Shown piece after piece: positions 1 to 11,700 of a stretch of 48,725 bases of DNA. Within the stretch, counting starts at the first letter, position 1. The number at the start of each line of letters is the position of its first letter. Where the stretch lies: positions 1-48,725 of the IMG/VR virus record IMGVR_UViG_3300011335_000092; one strand, 5' to 3'. This stretch comes from a virus. Lineage: Duplodnaviria; Caudoviricetes. The notes under the pieces are model-generated. The model saw only the letters and a list, made by a program, of their open reading frames with translations. It made no database searches and had not been told where the DNA came from. The position numbers and the translations under genes are program-made.

Positions 1-919
1 ACTACAACCTTCTACTCGCCTTTGGATGCTAACTGGAACACCAGCGTCGCAGTCACCTATAGATGCGTATGGTCTCGCTAGATTAATTAATCCAGGAAAT
101 GTACCTAAATTCCAAAACGCATGGCGTGATAAAGTAATGAACCAACTATCTAGGTTTAAGTGGGTTCCAAAGCCTACGTCTAAACATGATGTATTTAAAG
201 CCCTACAACCAGCTATTAGATTTGCTAAGGAGGATTGCCTTGACTTACCCGAAGTTATGTACCAAACGCGTGACATACCGCTTACTCCACAGGCAGCTAG
301 ATACTATAAGGGGCTCAAGGAAAATATGCTTATCGAGGCAGCGGGCGAACAGGTTACTGCGGTCAACGCAGCGGCTAACCTTAACAAACTACTACAAATT
401 TCAGGTGGCGCTATTTACACGGACTCAAAAGAAATCGTTGAGTTTGACGTATCACCAAGGTTTACAGCGTTGCATGAAGTTATTGATGAAACAGAACACA
501 AAGTCATTATCTTTGTACCATATAGACACACCATACAGATGGTGGCGGAATATTTAGATAAGCACGGCATCAGCAATAGTATTATTAATGGAGACGTGTC
601 TGCTACAGATAGAGCAATAATTATCCGTAGGTTTCAGATAGAGAAAGACCCTCATATTTTAGTTATCCAACCTCAATCTGCATCTCACGGGGTGACGCTA
701 ACTGCGGCAAATACGGTAGTCTTTTGGTCTCCAGTAATGAGCGTCGAAACATATTTACAATGTATTGCTCGTATTGATAGGTTCGGGCAGAAAAACAAAA
801 TGACTGTTGTTCACTTGCAAGGGTCAGATGTTGAGCGTAAAATGTATAAGATGTTACAAGGCAAAGTCACCTTGCACAATGGGCTTGTTGACTTATATCG
901 TGATGAGTTAGAAACTTAG
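1..919 (+). CDS. SNF2/SF2-family helicase, 5'-truncated by the window edge
   Basis: Frame is open from base 2 (LQPSTRLWMLTGTP); motif III LTGTP, motif IV KVIIFV, motif V SHGVTLTAAN, motif VI QCIARIDRFGQ. Confidence 0.9.
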   Translation, partial: LQPSTRLWMLTGTPASQSPIDAYGLARLINPGNVPKFQNAWRDKVMNQLSRFKWVPKPTSKHDVFKALQPAIRFAKEDCLDLPEVMYQTRDIPLTPQAARYYKGLKENMLIEAAGEQVTAVNAAANLNKLLQISGGAIYTDSKEIVEFDVSPRFTALHEVIDETEHKVIIFVPYRHTIQMVAEYLDKHGISNSIINGDVSATDRAIIIRRFQIEKDPHILVIQPQSASHGVTLTAANTVVFWSPVMSVETYLQCIARIDRFGQKNKMTVVHLQGSDVERKMYKMLQGKVTLHNGLVDLYRDELET

Positions 920-934
920 TTAAGGAGCAGTAAA

Positions 935-1384
935 ATGTCAGTAGATACAGTAGAAGAAGTAAAAGTAGAAGAACCAGCCGAGTATGATTTAGATGAATTA
1001 GTAAAAATATACTTGACGATTAGAAAAGAACGTGAAATACTAACCCATCAGTATGAAGCTAAAGATGTCGAGTTAAAGACAGAAATGGCAGCTATTGAGC
1101 AAGTTATGCTTGCACAGTGTAATAGTATCAAAGCCGATAGTATTAAGACAGGTAATGGCACTATTATTAAGTCTCTTAAAGAGAATTTTGTGTGTGGCGA
1201 TTGGGATAACTTCAAGAAGTTTGTTTTAGAAAACGATGCTGTAGAGTTATTGCAACAACGTATTCACCAGACTAACTTTAAAGAGTTTCTTTCCAGTCAC
1301 GAACATGAAGGTTTACCACCTGGTATTAGCGTAATGCGTGAGTTTAGTATTACAGTTCGTAAACCTACTTCTAAATCAGTTTAA
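935..1384 (+). CDS. Conserved phage replication-module protein (coiled-coil N-terminus), 149 aa
   Basis: SD AAGGAG upstream of ATG; heptad-like N-half followed by SIKTGNGT..DWDNF; function not assignable. Confidence 0.75.
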   Translation: MSVDTVEEVKVEEPAEYDLDELVKIYLTIRKEREILTHQYEAKDVELKTEMAAIEQVMLAQCNSIKADSIKTGNGTIIKSLKENFVCGDWDNFKKFVLENDAVELLQQRIHQTNFKEFLSSHEHEGLPPGISVMREFSITVRKPTSKSV

Positions 1385-1394
1385 TGGAGTTATT

Positions 1395-2270
1395 ATGAGT
1401 ACAGAATTAGCAAATATTTTAGCGAATGACCCATCGCTTATTGAAATAGGTCTAGATGAAGACACGTTAGCTGTTGCTGGTGGTAATAGTAATCAGTCTA
1501 AGCGTTTGTCAATCAAAGGCGGTGTATTCCGCAAAATGTCGGGTGGTAAGGAAATCGGTGCTATCGAAGACCGCCACATGAACATAGTTATCGTTAAGAT
1601 GGCACATAGTGCGTCACGTACATTCTATTCACAAGGTTATAAAGAAGGCGAAAAGGTTAGCCCTGTTTGCTGGTCTAGTGACTCTCGTGTACCCGATGCA
1701 GAAGTAAAATCACCACAATCTAAATCTTGTGAGTCATGTCAGTTTAGCACTAAGGGTTCGGGTTCAAATGGTACAGGTTCAGCATGTCGTTTATCATGGC
1801 GCATGGCTGTTGTTCTTCCTAATGACCCAAGTGGTGATGTTATGCAATTAGTATTACCAGCGACATCTTGTTTTGGTAAGGAAGAAAACGGCAAGTTCCC
1901 ATTCCGCCCTTATGTCCAAATGCTAGCTAACCACAATATCAGTGCTGGTCGTGTGATTACTAAGATGCAGTTTGATACTAAATCTCCTACACCAAAAGTG
2001 ATTTTCTCACCAGCGGGTGCTGTTCCTCCAGAGGACAGGGATGCAATCTTACGTCAGTCTAAAGGTCATGCGGCAGAGTCAGCTATTAAGATGACAGTAT
2101 ATCAAGCTGATTCACAAGGCGAGTCACAGTCTGAAGGTAGTGTGGAAGAGTTTGCCCCAACACAGCAAGCTACTTCTAATGATGAGCCTACATTACGTGA
2201 GCCGTCAGCACCAAAGTCAGAGAAGGTTAATAACCTTAGTGATGTAGTAAACAAGTGGTCTAAGAAATAA
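1395..2270 (+). CDS. Putative ssDNA-binding/annealing protein, 291 aa
   Basis: Start moved to ATG 1395 behind a GGAG SD; four Cys (CWS..CESC..ACR) suggest a Zn site; acidic low-complexity C-terminal region; position in replication module. The CDS is solid, the function is inferred. Confidence 0.5.
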   Translation: MSTELANILANDPSLIEIGLDEDTLAVAGGNSNQSKRLSIKGGVFRKMSGGKEIGAIEDRHMNIVIVKMAHSASRTFYSQGYKEGEKVSPVCWSSDSRVPDAEVKSPQSKSCESCQFSTKGSGSNGTGSACRLSWRMAVVLPNDPSGDVMQLVLPATSCFGKEENGKFPFRPYVQMLANHNISAGRVITKMQFDTKSPTPKVIFSPAGAVPPEDRDAILRQSKGHAAESAIKMTVYQADSQGESQSEGSVEEFAPTQQATSNDEPTLREPSAPKSEKVNNLSDVVNKWSKK

Positions 2271-2281
2271 GGGAGATAAAG

Positions 2282-2593
2282 ATGCCACGATTCTATAGCG
2301 AAAGGTTTATGTTAGCAGTACATCAATTAGATGATGAGCGTTTAGGTGTTCAATTAGCTAAAGCTTGTATTGATAATAATATTCCAGCTACATACGTTGC
2401 TGATGTTATGGGAGTATCACGTATGACTATTCATAGTTGGTTTCGTGGCAAACCTTTACGTGACAAAAATGCAACGCTTGTTAAACAATTTATTAATCTA
2501 ATCACCGAAGGTGTATCAACGGGTTCTTTACCCGCTCAAAAAATGAATGAAGCGAAAGATTTTATAGAGAAAAGCATAGTTAAACTGCGCTAA
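2282..2593 (+). CDS. Cro/XRE-like helix-turn-helix protein
   Basis: ATYVADVMGVSRMTIHSWFRG is a typical HTH; SD GGGAG. Confidence 0.75.
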   Translation: MPRFYSERFMLAVHQLDDERLGVQLAKACIDNNIPATYVADVMGVSRMTIHSWFRGKPLRDKNATLVKQFINLITEGVSTGSLPAQKMNEAKDFIEKSIVKLR

Positions 2594-2630
2594 AACAACA
2601 CTAGCTAGAGTGTGCCTCCGAACTAGCCTT

Positions 2631-2652
2631 GAAGGTGAGATGCCTTCTTTTT
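2631..2652 (+). terminator. Intrinsic terminator/attenuator ahead of the primase gene
   Basis: GAAGGT-GAGAT-GCCTTC hairpin followed by TTTTT. Confidence 0.55.
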
Positions 2653-2674
2653 CTGTCTCTTGAAAGCCGCGCAT

Positions 2675-5521
2675 ATGCTAAGAAAATTCTACGAAAAAGT
2701 ATTGCCTGCTGATGGTGTGTATTGCGTAACTGGCATCGACACTTCTGTTGAACCGCCCCGTGTAAGAAACTATTTCTGCGAATCACAAGACCAGCTAATT
2801 GAAACAATTGAATCAACAAAAGCACGTAAACATAATGTATTTGTAGCACTAAGTTCGTTTAATGAATTTACCCGTAAGGCAGACAACGCCATTTTATCTA
2901 AGTCTTTATTCATTGACCTAGATGTTGGTGATACTAAAGACTATAAATCTAAACAGGAAGCACTAGAGGCCCTTGATAAGTTTCTTGAGTCGAGCGGACT
3001 TCCACCACCTATTAGAGTAGATTCTGGTAGGGGCGTTCATGCCTATTGGCCTTTTGAAGAAGCCATATCTATTGACGAGTGGAAGCCTTGCGCCGAGAAG
3101 TTTAAGTCCTATTGTATTGAACAAGGGCTAATGATTGATAAGGCTGTAACCGCTGATGCGGCTAGGGTTTTACGTGCGCCTGATACATTCAACTATAAAG
3201 AAGACCCACCATTACCTACGTTTATAATGGACGAGGAGATGCCTCAGTATGTATTTACTGAGTTTAAAGAGTTCTTAGGTATAGAAGACGAACCCTCTAT
3301 TGCAGATATTCTTGCGCTTGTACCAAAAGGTGACCTATCTGATGAGCAGAAGTCATTACTAAAAACAAACAACTTTGAGACAACATTTGAGCGTATTGCT
3401 ATACGAAGTCTTGAGGGTGATGGCTGTGCGCAGATTGCTGAAGTATTAACAAACCCTAATGGTATTAGCTATGACACATGGGTTGGTGCATTATCTATTG
3501 CAGTTAAATGTGATGACGGCGAAACAGCTATTCACAAAATGTCGGAAGACTATGAAGGGTACACATATGAAGCTACAGTTAAAAAGGCCTACCATAGCGG
3601 AATTGAAGGCGCTAGAAGATGCGAAACGTTTGCAAGAGAAAACCCATCAAAGTGCGAAGGATGTAAACATAGAGGAACTATCAGCTCCCCAATCCAACTT
3701 GGAAAAACCCTTAAGATTGCATCCCAGCCGCTTGAAAAAACCGAGGGGGCTTTACGGGTACAGGCGGGTTCCTTCACGCTTCCAGACGCACTCTATCCCT
3801 TTATCAAAGGAGTAGACGGAGGTATTTATTATGTTACGCCATCAACAGTAAATAAGAAAACAGGCCAAGTAACACACAATGACCCTGTACTTATCGCTGA
3901 CTATGACGTGTATCCAATCAAGCGTATTTATAGCCAGTACGACGGCGAGTGTTTCTTAATGCGGGCACACCTTCCTAATGATGCGACTAGGGAATTTATG
4001 TTGCCAATGAAGCAAATCTACGCACAGGAAAAGTTTAAAGAAATTATGTCTAGTAACGGGGTATTGATGAACCCGATAGGTAACGGAGTGCAGTATCTTA
4101 TGACTTATGTATATAAGTGGGGCAGGTATTTAATTGATACCCAATCAGCAGAAATTATGCGTACACAGATGGGCTGGGCAGATAAAGAGCGTTCAGCGTT
4201 CGTTTGGGGTGTAAAAGAGTTCAGTAGAGACGGAAAAACAACGGACACTCCAGTGTCTGGCCTATGTAAGAAGGTAGCTAATCTCATAAGGGCTGAAGGT
4301 TCCTACGCGGAGTGGAAGGCGTCGATGGAGAAACTATCTAATGAAAGTATGGAGATTCACGCCTTTACGCTACTATGTGGATTTGGTTCGGTGTTAATGA
4401 ACTATACTACAACTCCTGGTGTTACGCTTGGTTTATCTGGTGCATCGGGTGCGGCTAAGACAGGTGCAATGTATTCTGCTTTGAGTGTATGGGGTGACCC
4501 AGTAGGATTAAGTATTCACACGGATGAAGGCGCAACAGGCAACGCGCTGGTCGGTCGTATGCTAGGACTACATAACTTACCATTTGGGTTTGATGAGATT
4601 GGTAACATGAAACAAGAGAACCTATCTAAGGCTGTACTTAAAATCTCAGATGGTTCAGCTAAACTTAAAATGCAAGCCTCTGTAAATGCCGAACGTGACT
4701 ACGAAGCATCAGCATCTTTAATTGCAATCATGACCGCTAACGGTGACTTGTATGACAAGCTAGGTGCATTGAAAGCAAACCCCGAAGGTGAGTTAGCCCG
4801 TTTGGTTGAACTTAAGTTTTATGGTGTACCAGATTATCTAGCGAACAACACTAGGATGGGCCCGTTTATGTTTGACAGGTTAAAGAAAAACTTTGGGTGG
4901 GCGGGGCCAGATTTTATTCAGCAACTATACGCCACCCATACTGACGAGCAAATTACAGACAAGTTGAACGTAGTCATTGAGAAATTTAAAATTGACTTTG
5001 GTGATTACATGCCCTATCGTTTCTATGAGAATATCATGGCTACAGCAATGGTTGTGTGTGACTTGCTTAAAGAGTTTAATATCTTAGACCTACCTAAAGA
5101 GCGTATCTACAATGTTATCTTGGGTAACTTGATTGGCATTAAAGACGGCGTTCGTAAGATTAGTAAGGTGGATTACGAGTCCGTAGTAGGTAGCTTTGTT
5201 AATATGCATCAAGGCAATATGTTAGCAATCAAGGACGGCAAGATTACTATGGAACCAAAAGGCCCTCTGTATATCCGTGCCGATATTGATAAGTCATTGC
5301 TGAGTATTGACGCTGGTGAGTTTAATAAATACTTAGCGGGGCTGCAAGTAAGTTCGCGTGAGTTAATACATCATTTAAAGTTACTAGGCATCAATACAGC
5401 TACTAGCAAGCGTGTTCGGTTAGGTACGAAGTGGAAAGACGCAACTGGGGTGTATAACGTGGTGTGTTACCAATTTGATTCAACTGAAGCAGTAAAAGAG
5501 TTAATAGTAGAAGATGATTAG
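2675..5521 (+). CDS. Primase-helicase fusion (AEP/RepB-like primase, PriCT-like/Cys-rich region, DUF927-like region, P-loop helicase), about 948 aa
   Basis: AEP motifs FIDLD, DSGRGVHAYW, DAARVLRAP; CETF..CEGCKH cluster; Walker A-like GASGAAKT and Walker B FGFDE; ATG 2675 preferred to TTG 2660. Confidence 0.85.
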   Translation: MLRKFYEKVLPADGVYCVTGIDTSVEPPRVRNYFCESQDQLIETIESTKARKHNVFVALSSFNEFTRKADNAILSKSLFIDLDVGDTKDYKSKQEALEALDKFLESSGLPPPIRVDSGRGVHAYWPFEEAISIDEWKPCAEKFKSYCIEQGLMIDKAVTADAARVLRAPDTFNYKEDPPLPTFIMDEEMPQYVFTEFKEFLGIEDEPSIADILALVPKGDLSDEQKSLLKTNNFETTFERIAIRSLEGDGCAQIAEVLTNPNGISYDTWVGALSIAVKCDDGETAIHKMSEDYEGYTYEATVKKAYHSGIEGARRCETFARENPSKCEGCKHRGTISSPIQLGKTLKIASQPLEKTEGALRVQAGSFTLPDALYPFIKGVDGGIYYVTPSTVNKKTGQVTHNDPVLIADYDVYPIKRIYSQYDGECFLMRAHLPNDATREFMLPMKQIYAQEKFKEIMSSNGVLMNPIGNGVQYLMTYVYKWGRYLIDTQSAEIMRTQMGWADKERSAFVWGVKEFSRDGKTTDTPVSGLCKKVANLIRAEGSYAEWKASMEKLSNESMEIHAFTLLCGFGSVLMNYTTTPGVTLGLSGASGAAKTGAMYSALSVWGDPVGLSIHTDEGATGNALVGRMLGLHNLPFGFDEIGNMKQENLSKAVLKISDGSAKLKMQASVNAERDYEASASLIAIMTANGDLYDKLGALKANPEGELARLVELKFYGVPDYLANNTRMGPFMFDRLKKNFGWAGPDFIQQLYATHTDEQITDKLNVVIEKFKIDFGDYMPYRFYENIMATAMVVCDLLKEFNILDLPKERIYNVILGNLIGIKDGVRKISKVDYESVVGSFVNMHQGNMLAIKDGKITMEPKGPLYIRADIDKSLLSIDAGEFNKYLAGLQVSSRELIHHLKLLGINTATSKRVRLGTKWKDATGVYNVVCYQFDSTEAVKELIVEDD

Positions 5522-5708
5522 TGAGCCTAACTGGATATTGCCATTGGACTTCCTAGAAGTAGGAGAGAGTTTCTTTATACCGACCGTTAAGCCTAGCGAG
5601 TTAGTTTACTCAATAGACTGTGCATCTAAACGTGTCGGTATAAAGACTAGGACTTACATAGTGGCAAAGGATGGCATACTAGGTGTTAGAGCCTGGCGTA
5701 TACGTTAA
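5514..5708 (+). CDS. Small hypothetical protein, 64 aa
   Basis: Overlaps the primase stop (coupled); LEVGESFFIP..GVRAWR pattern typical of small phage proteins. Confidence 0.7.
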   Translation: MISEPNWILPLDFLEVGESFFIPTVKPSELVYSIDCASKRVGIKTRTYIVAKDGILGVRAWRIR

Positions 5709-8700
5709 TCTAAGTTAGCATCCCTACGAGTTTTTAAGTCTGGTTTAAGAATCTTATACTGATTAATTAAGCCTTTTTTCAATAAACGTTGTTCGTAGGC
5801 ATTATCTTTTAGTAAATCATCTCTAACTTTTTTAGTATTTTCCTTATCATTACGAATATCGTTAGCTTCTTCTCTTAAGTCTTTTAGTTCTCCGTTTACA
5901 TCAGCATTGTATCTCTCTATTAAATCAAATGCTTCTGGGTGGTCAACCATATACTCATATTCTTTAGATAATTTCTCTTTACCAGTCATAGCTTTCTTGA
6001 TATTTTTAATTTCAGCTTCTACTCTAATAAATTCTCTAGCTTCATAATCTGGTAATTTACCTATAAAACTACCCGCCACAATACTATCTGCTTTAGCATC
6101 AAATTCTTTTTCATCAGTAGAAAGCATCGAAATACTATCCACAGTATTAGCAAATTGAGTAACACCATTAACATAGCTAGATAATAAGAAAGATATTGTA
6201 TTAGGGTTTAAGTCTACCTCCCCGTCAGATATATCAAACAAATGGACTGCAAAATCATTGAGCCATTCTGGTGTAGAACCGCGTCCTTTAAATGCATCTG
6301 GGGTATTAGATAAATCACTATCATCGTAAATTTTACGACCTAAACCGTTCATGTTCATTAAATATTCAATAAAAGGTCTACCAACTGTCGGTGTAAAAGT
6401 ATCTAGAATCGCTTTACCTGGATGTTCTTGGAATGAAATACGGCTCACAGGAAGAGGTACATATGAGTCCAACCCAACCTGCGTACAGTTACTTAAAAAC
6501 TCTCCGTAAGTCTGGTTACCATTTACTAGAATACCTAATTGAGCGCCCCACGCTGTTAATGCACCTAGGCCAAAACCCCAAGGCAATTGAAATACTTTAT
6601 TATTATCATTTCCAGGTAACGTAAAACGCATAGCACGAGTCCATAATGCTGCATCATCTTTAGCTACTTTATTATCATTTAACTCATCATCGTCTGCGCC
6701 CATAAACATCATAGAGTATGAAGCAAAACCAAGACCTATTAATACCATAGATAGCACGCGGGCTCTAGTAGCTTTTATTTCATAATTCTTTTTAAACTCT
6801 GCCACTATCTGCGGGTTAGCCCTTTCAGCAGCTGATAAATCCTTCATAGCTACTTCTACTGGAAGTATATAACTTAAAGAGTCGATAGCACGCACTGCAC
6901 CTGTAGCCTGTGCCCTTGAGAACATAAACAATGTACCCATTTCTTTACCTCGCGTACCAGACTGTTCAAAGTTAGCTAAGTTTTTAACCTCATAAGCTGC
7001 TTTAGCCGCTATTTCTTTTGGTGTCATACTAGGATTTTGACGTTTAATAGCTTCTTTTATTGGCTCCATTGCACCAATTTTTGAGGTAAGTTCAAACATG
7101 TTAAACCAGTATTGGAATGCTGATACTACACCATCTCTAGTTTTTGCTACATTACCTTTACCTATCTCATCAGCTAATTTAATAACTTCACTCTTATTAG
7201 CTACACCTTGTAAGTATGTAACAATAGCGCCATTCTCTACCATCTCATAGAATGTTTTATAGAATGGGTTACCAGATTGAGCTAATTGTTTAAGTTTAGT
7301 AATATTATTTGCTTGATAAAGACGCATTGCTTTACCGCAGCTAAACATACCCCCGCCAACTAAAGTATCTAGTGTAGACATTTTTATTGAGTTGCCAAGA
7401 CTCTTAGCCATAGCAATGGCACCATACTCTACGTTAATATTTAAAATGTTTGTAGCTAAGTCACGTGCAAAGTTCCAAGGAGCAAATGCTACGTTAAATA
7501 ACGTAAATCCTTGCCCTACATATCGAGTAGCGCCACCAAAAAAGTTCCATGTAGCTTCTTCTAGGTCGCCCCTAACTTTATATGGAACACGAAGTGACTC
7601 TAATATCGGCCTTTCTTTAATAGTATAAATATCAATAGTGCCATCTGGTCTATAATGAAATAATGTATTTTGTTTAGCAAGTTCTTCTTTTGTTAAATCA
7701 TTTTCTCTATTTTCAAATTTAATTGATTTATAAGGTTTTTTATCTTTTGTAGTAGTTGCAATATGACCTTGACGAATATTATTAGCTACTGATTCCGCTA
7801 CTTCATTAGATACGACCGCAAATCCAGACTTTTTAGCATCAACAATAATTTGAACTAACGCGTTAGCTGCTTTAGAACGACGACCAGACATACCCCTTGT
7901 AGCTTCATGATAACGTTTACTTAATGGGTCTGTATCGTTGTAGAAAAGATTATCTGATTTTTCCATAGCCATTTGAGGCATACCTTTAAAAGGTACATAG
8001 TGCTCAAACCCATAGAAATCTACATAGTTAGTAGCATACGGAGACCAATAGTTAGCTTGTTTATATAGCTCTTTAGTACCCTCTTCAATATCTTGGAGCG
8101 TTTTAAAAGCTTCTTTAATTTTAGCTAAGTTAGTGTCAGCGTTCATTACTCCTCTTATCCTATCAACTTCAATAGGTTGCATTTCATTTACTGGAGAATA
8201 CTCTTGGTCATTTTCATCTAATAGATTTGGTTTATTAGCATAGTACACGCTATCTACCATAGACATATTTAAAGTGCCTTTACGGTCTTTACCTAAGACA
8301 GCATTCAAATCACCTGTGTCGGTAAATACCATAGCATCTAATACAGAACGTAAATACTTAGCTTGAGCCTTTGTAAGAACCCTAGTATTTAAAGCATCAA
8401 ATATATATTGTTTGATGTCAGAAGGAGTACCCTGTAAGTTACCTATCTTAATAGTAATATCGTCACGTAATTTTAAGTTTTTAATAAATAATAAACGGCG
8501 ACGTTCTGGTTCATGCATTGCTTTTAAGTAAGCATCTAATGTACCCATTGTTTCAGCAAAAGATTTACCAGTAATATTTTTAAGTTCTTTTACCTGCTCA
8601 ATTAATTTAGTGTGGTATTTACCCATTTTTTCATTGAACAATACATCAGCTCTAGCAAACATAGTAGATTGTAGTTCATAAGTATTATTAAATTCAGTAT

Positions 8701-11700
8701 TACCTTGAGCATCACGTAATGATTGGTTTCTTATAGATTGATTTTTTAAATCTGTTTTACGTTGCAACATCTTAAGTGCCACTGACGCATTTTGAAACCT
8801 TTTTACTAAGTTTCTATAAGTTTGCCTTGGGCTAGTTATTGTGCTCCAAACATTCTTTGCAAATTCTGCTTTTTCAGGAAGGTCATCTTCAACTGTTTTA
8901 GTAGAGTCCTCTATCATTTCATCTGTAGTTCTTGGACGAGCAGGGGCTTTACGCCGAGGTTTAGCTGGTGCATATGATACTTTCTTACCACGGAACTCTT
9001 CTGATGGGGCCACATAACCATACTCTGGACTAATCATTTGTTGAATAGTACCAATAACATCTTGTAAGCTATACCCCATGTTGCGTTCTTCATACGGAGT
9101 ATCTACTAAATCTTTAGCAGTGTAGAACCTATTAAAACCAAGTAGTCTAGCTATTGAACGTGATAAGTCTGTAAGGAAACTAGGTCTAGCTTCCCGTTTT
9201 GTCTGAGCTTCTTCGCCAGTTTCTAAAGACTTAACTATACTTGAAGCACCTGCTATTGCAGAAACTGATGTCTCTTTGAATGGAAGTTCGGCAACCGCTT
9301 TTTGAAACTCCTTATTGCTCATAATCTCAGCAATAAATTCTTTTAGATTAGGTATATCAAACTTTTGCCCACGGTTATTTAATTCAGTTTTAATGCGTTT
9401 ATATTGGTTTCTTAACTGATTAAGAGCTTTCTTTTGTTCTGCAGATAGGAGTTTAGGGTTATCAACAAGATGGTCTAGTAAGTAATGAGTTACCTCATGG
9501 TTAATAATCTCGTCTAGAGTTTCCTGTCCATTATATGTTTCACTAATGGTGATAGTATTAGTTGCAGGGTCAAACTTAGCTGGTCTACCATTCTCAACCG
9601 CACCATATACAATCTTAACGTCGCCTTTAATTTGCTTAATAAGTTTTGCATAGTGGGCTGAAATAAGCATAGCCGTAGTATCATTTTTGGTATAGTCTTT
9701 ACCAGCGATGGTTTTAAGAACCTCAACAATATTTTTACCAGCTTTAATTGCTTCTTCAAGTGCAGCAGCTAGTCTATTTTGTGCTTCAATTGGTTCGTTC
9801 TTAATCTTTTCTTGCTCTATTTGTTGTTGAGCAAGTTCTTTTCTAGACTGTTTACGTCCAGCAATATGTTTACGTACCGCTGCTACGCGTTTGTTAAAAT
9901 CTTCTTCGTCTCTTAAACGTTCTTGTTCTGCTAATTGCTCTGGAGTACGAACTTTAGTAACACGAGTTTTAGTGTTTTCAGCACGGGTACGGTTAGCACG
10001 GAGTGTGTGGTCTTGATTGATAAAGTTCTTTTTTAAATTATCAAACTTGGCTTTTTGTTCTGGTGTTAAAGACTTAATAAAATCTTGACGTAATTCTATA
10101 TCAGCTTTTTTAGCTGGACTTTGTTGTGCTGCAGATTCTTCCTCGTCTATAAACCCTTTACTAAATTCATGGAACTCATCTGGTTTTTTAAGTGAGATAA
10201 CATCTGTTTTAGTTTTAACAGTTTTTTTAAATCCGCCAACTTCACGACGAGCCTGACTAAGAGTTAGACCCTGCACCACTAACTCCGCTACTTTAGCATC
10301 GTATTCTGCTTTACGAGATTCATTTGATTGTTTAGCTTCTGCCTCTAATGCTTTATCACGTTTAGCAATGTCAATTAAACTTAACTCATCTGTGGCATCT
10401 TCTGCTGCTGCGGTCGCAATTGCTTCGTCTACATCCTTTGGGGCACGCGCCGCGTCTTCACCTTTAGACAACAAGTATGGATGAAGAAACATTTGAGCGA
10501 GGGTTTTCTTATAGGCTGGAGTATTAGGGTCACTAATTATTTTTGACAAAACCTCCTGAGCTTTGGTATTGGCTGGTGTTTCTTGTTCAGCTTGTTTTTC
10601 CTCAACAATACCCGCTTTTTCTTTAGCTTTTCTTACTTTTGCCTTTTTCATAGCAGGTTCAGTTGTTTCTGTTGCATCTTCTAAAAGCTCTTGTGCCTTA
10701 GCTGCCTTTTTGCTTTTAGGTTCTTTCTTTTTAACTTCCTCAATTATATTTTGAGTATCTTCAAGGTCAGTTAAATGATTTTCATCCTGTTGGTCTTTTT
10801 GTTCTTGGTTTTTAGTAGATTGATTTTTATGCTCGGCTAGCAAGCGTTTAAAAATCTCTGGGTTGTTTTGTTGAAGTTGATTAGTGCCATCAAGGTCACC
10901 TTTGAAAATATGTTTCTTTACCCAGTTTTTTACATGGTTTACATCTTTAAACTCACTGCCAGACTCTTGCATCTTAGCAATTAGGTTTTGCTCTATTTCA
11001 TTTAATGGAGACTGTTCTCCCTGCGCTCCTGCATCAGTTGATGATATAGCAGCTCCAGCCCCATCCACTCCAGCTGTGTTAGTTGCTCCAGCTCCTTTGG
11101 CAGACTTTCCTCTTCTTGGTTTAACAACTTCAATGCTAGGCCCAATTGGTGCTCCGTCAGCTCCGACATTATCAGCTCCTTCTAAAAGTTTATTAAGATT
11201 ATCATCTTTAGATGTAACCCCAACTGTTTTGCCTGTTTCAGATTCATTTAATTCGTCTGCACTAAACGCGGATGATGTAGCTGCTGCTTGTTGAGTTCCA
11301 GGAGGCGTAGTTGGAGGTGTAGTTGGAGGCGGTGTAGTTTCATCAGTTTCAGATTTTGCTCTAGCCCCAGACACTGCGCCAACTGGTGCACCACCAAGTG
11401 CGCCTAATACAAAGTTAGCAAACGAGTCAGCACCAATTTCTTTTACAACGGCTTTATTAATACCTATGTCTGAAGCAATACCCTCAACAAATTCTTCTGT
11501 ACCTTCTTCTGTTGTACTAGCGGCTGTTCCTAAAGCAATTTTAGCTAAACGATTTTTAGCGTACTTATCAATTACTTTATCAAACCCACCAGTAATTAAC
11601 TTGCCAGTAACTTCACCACCAAATGCTGATACAGCGCCTTGTAATTGCCCTGCATACTCAGCAGCACGGTCTGATACAACTTTTCTAGCTTCTTCTGGAG

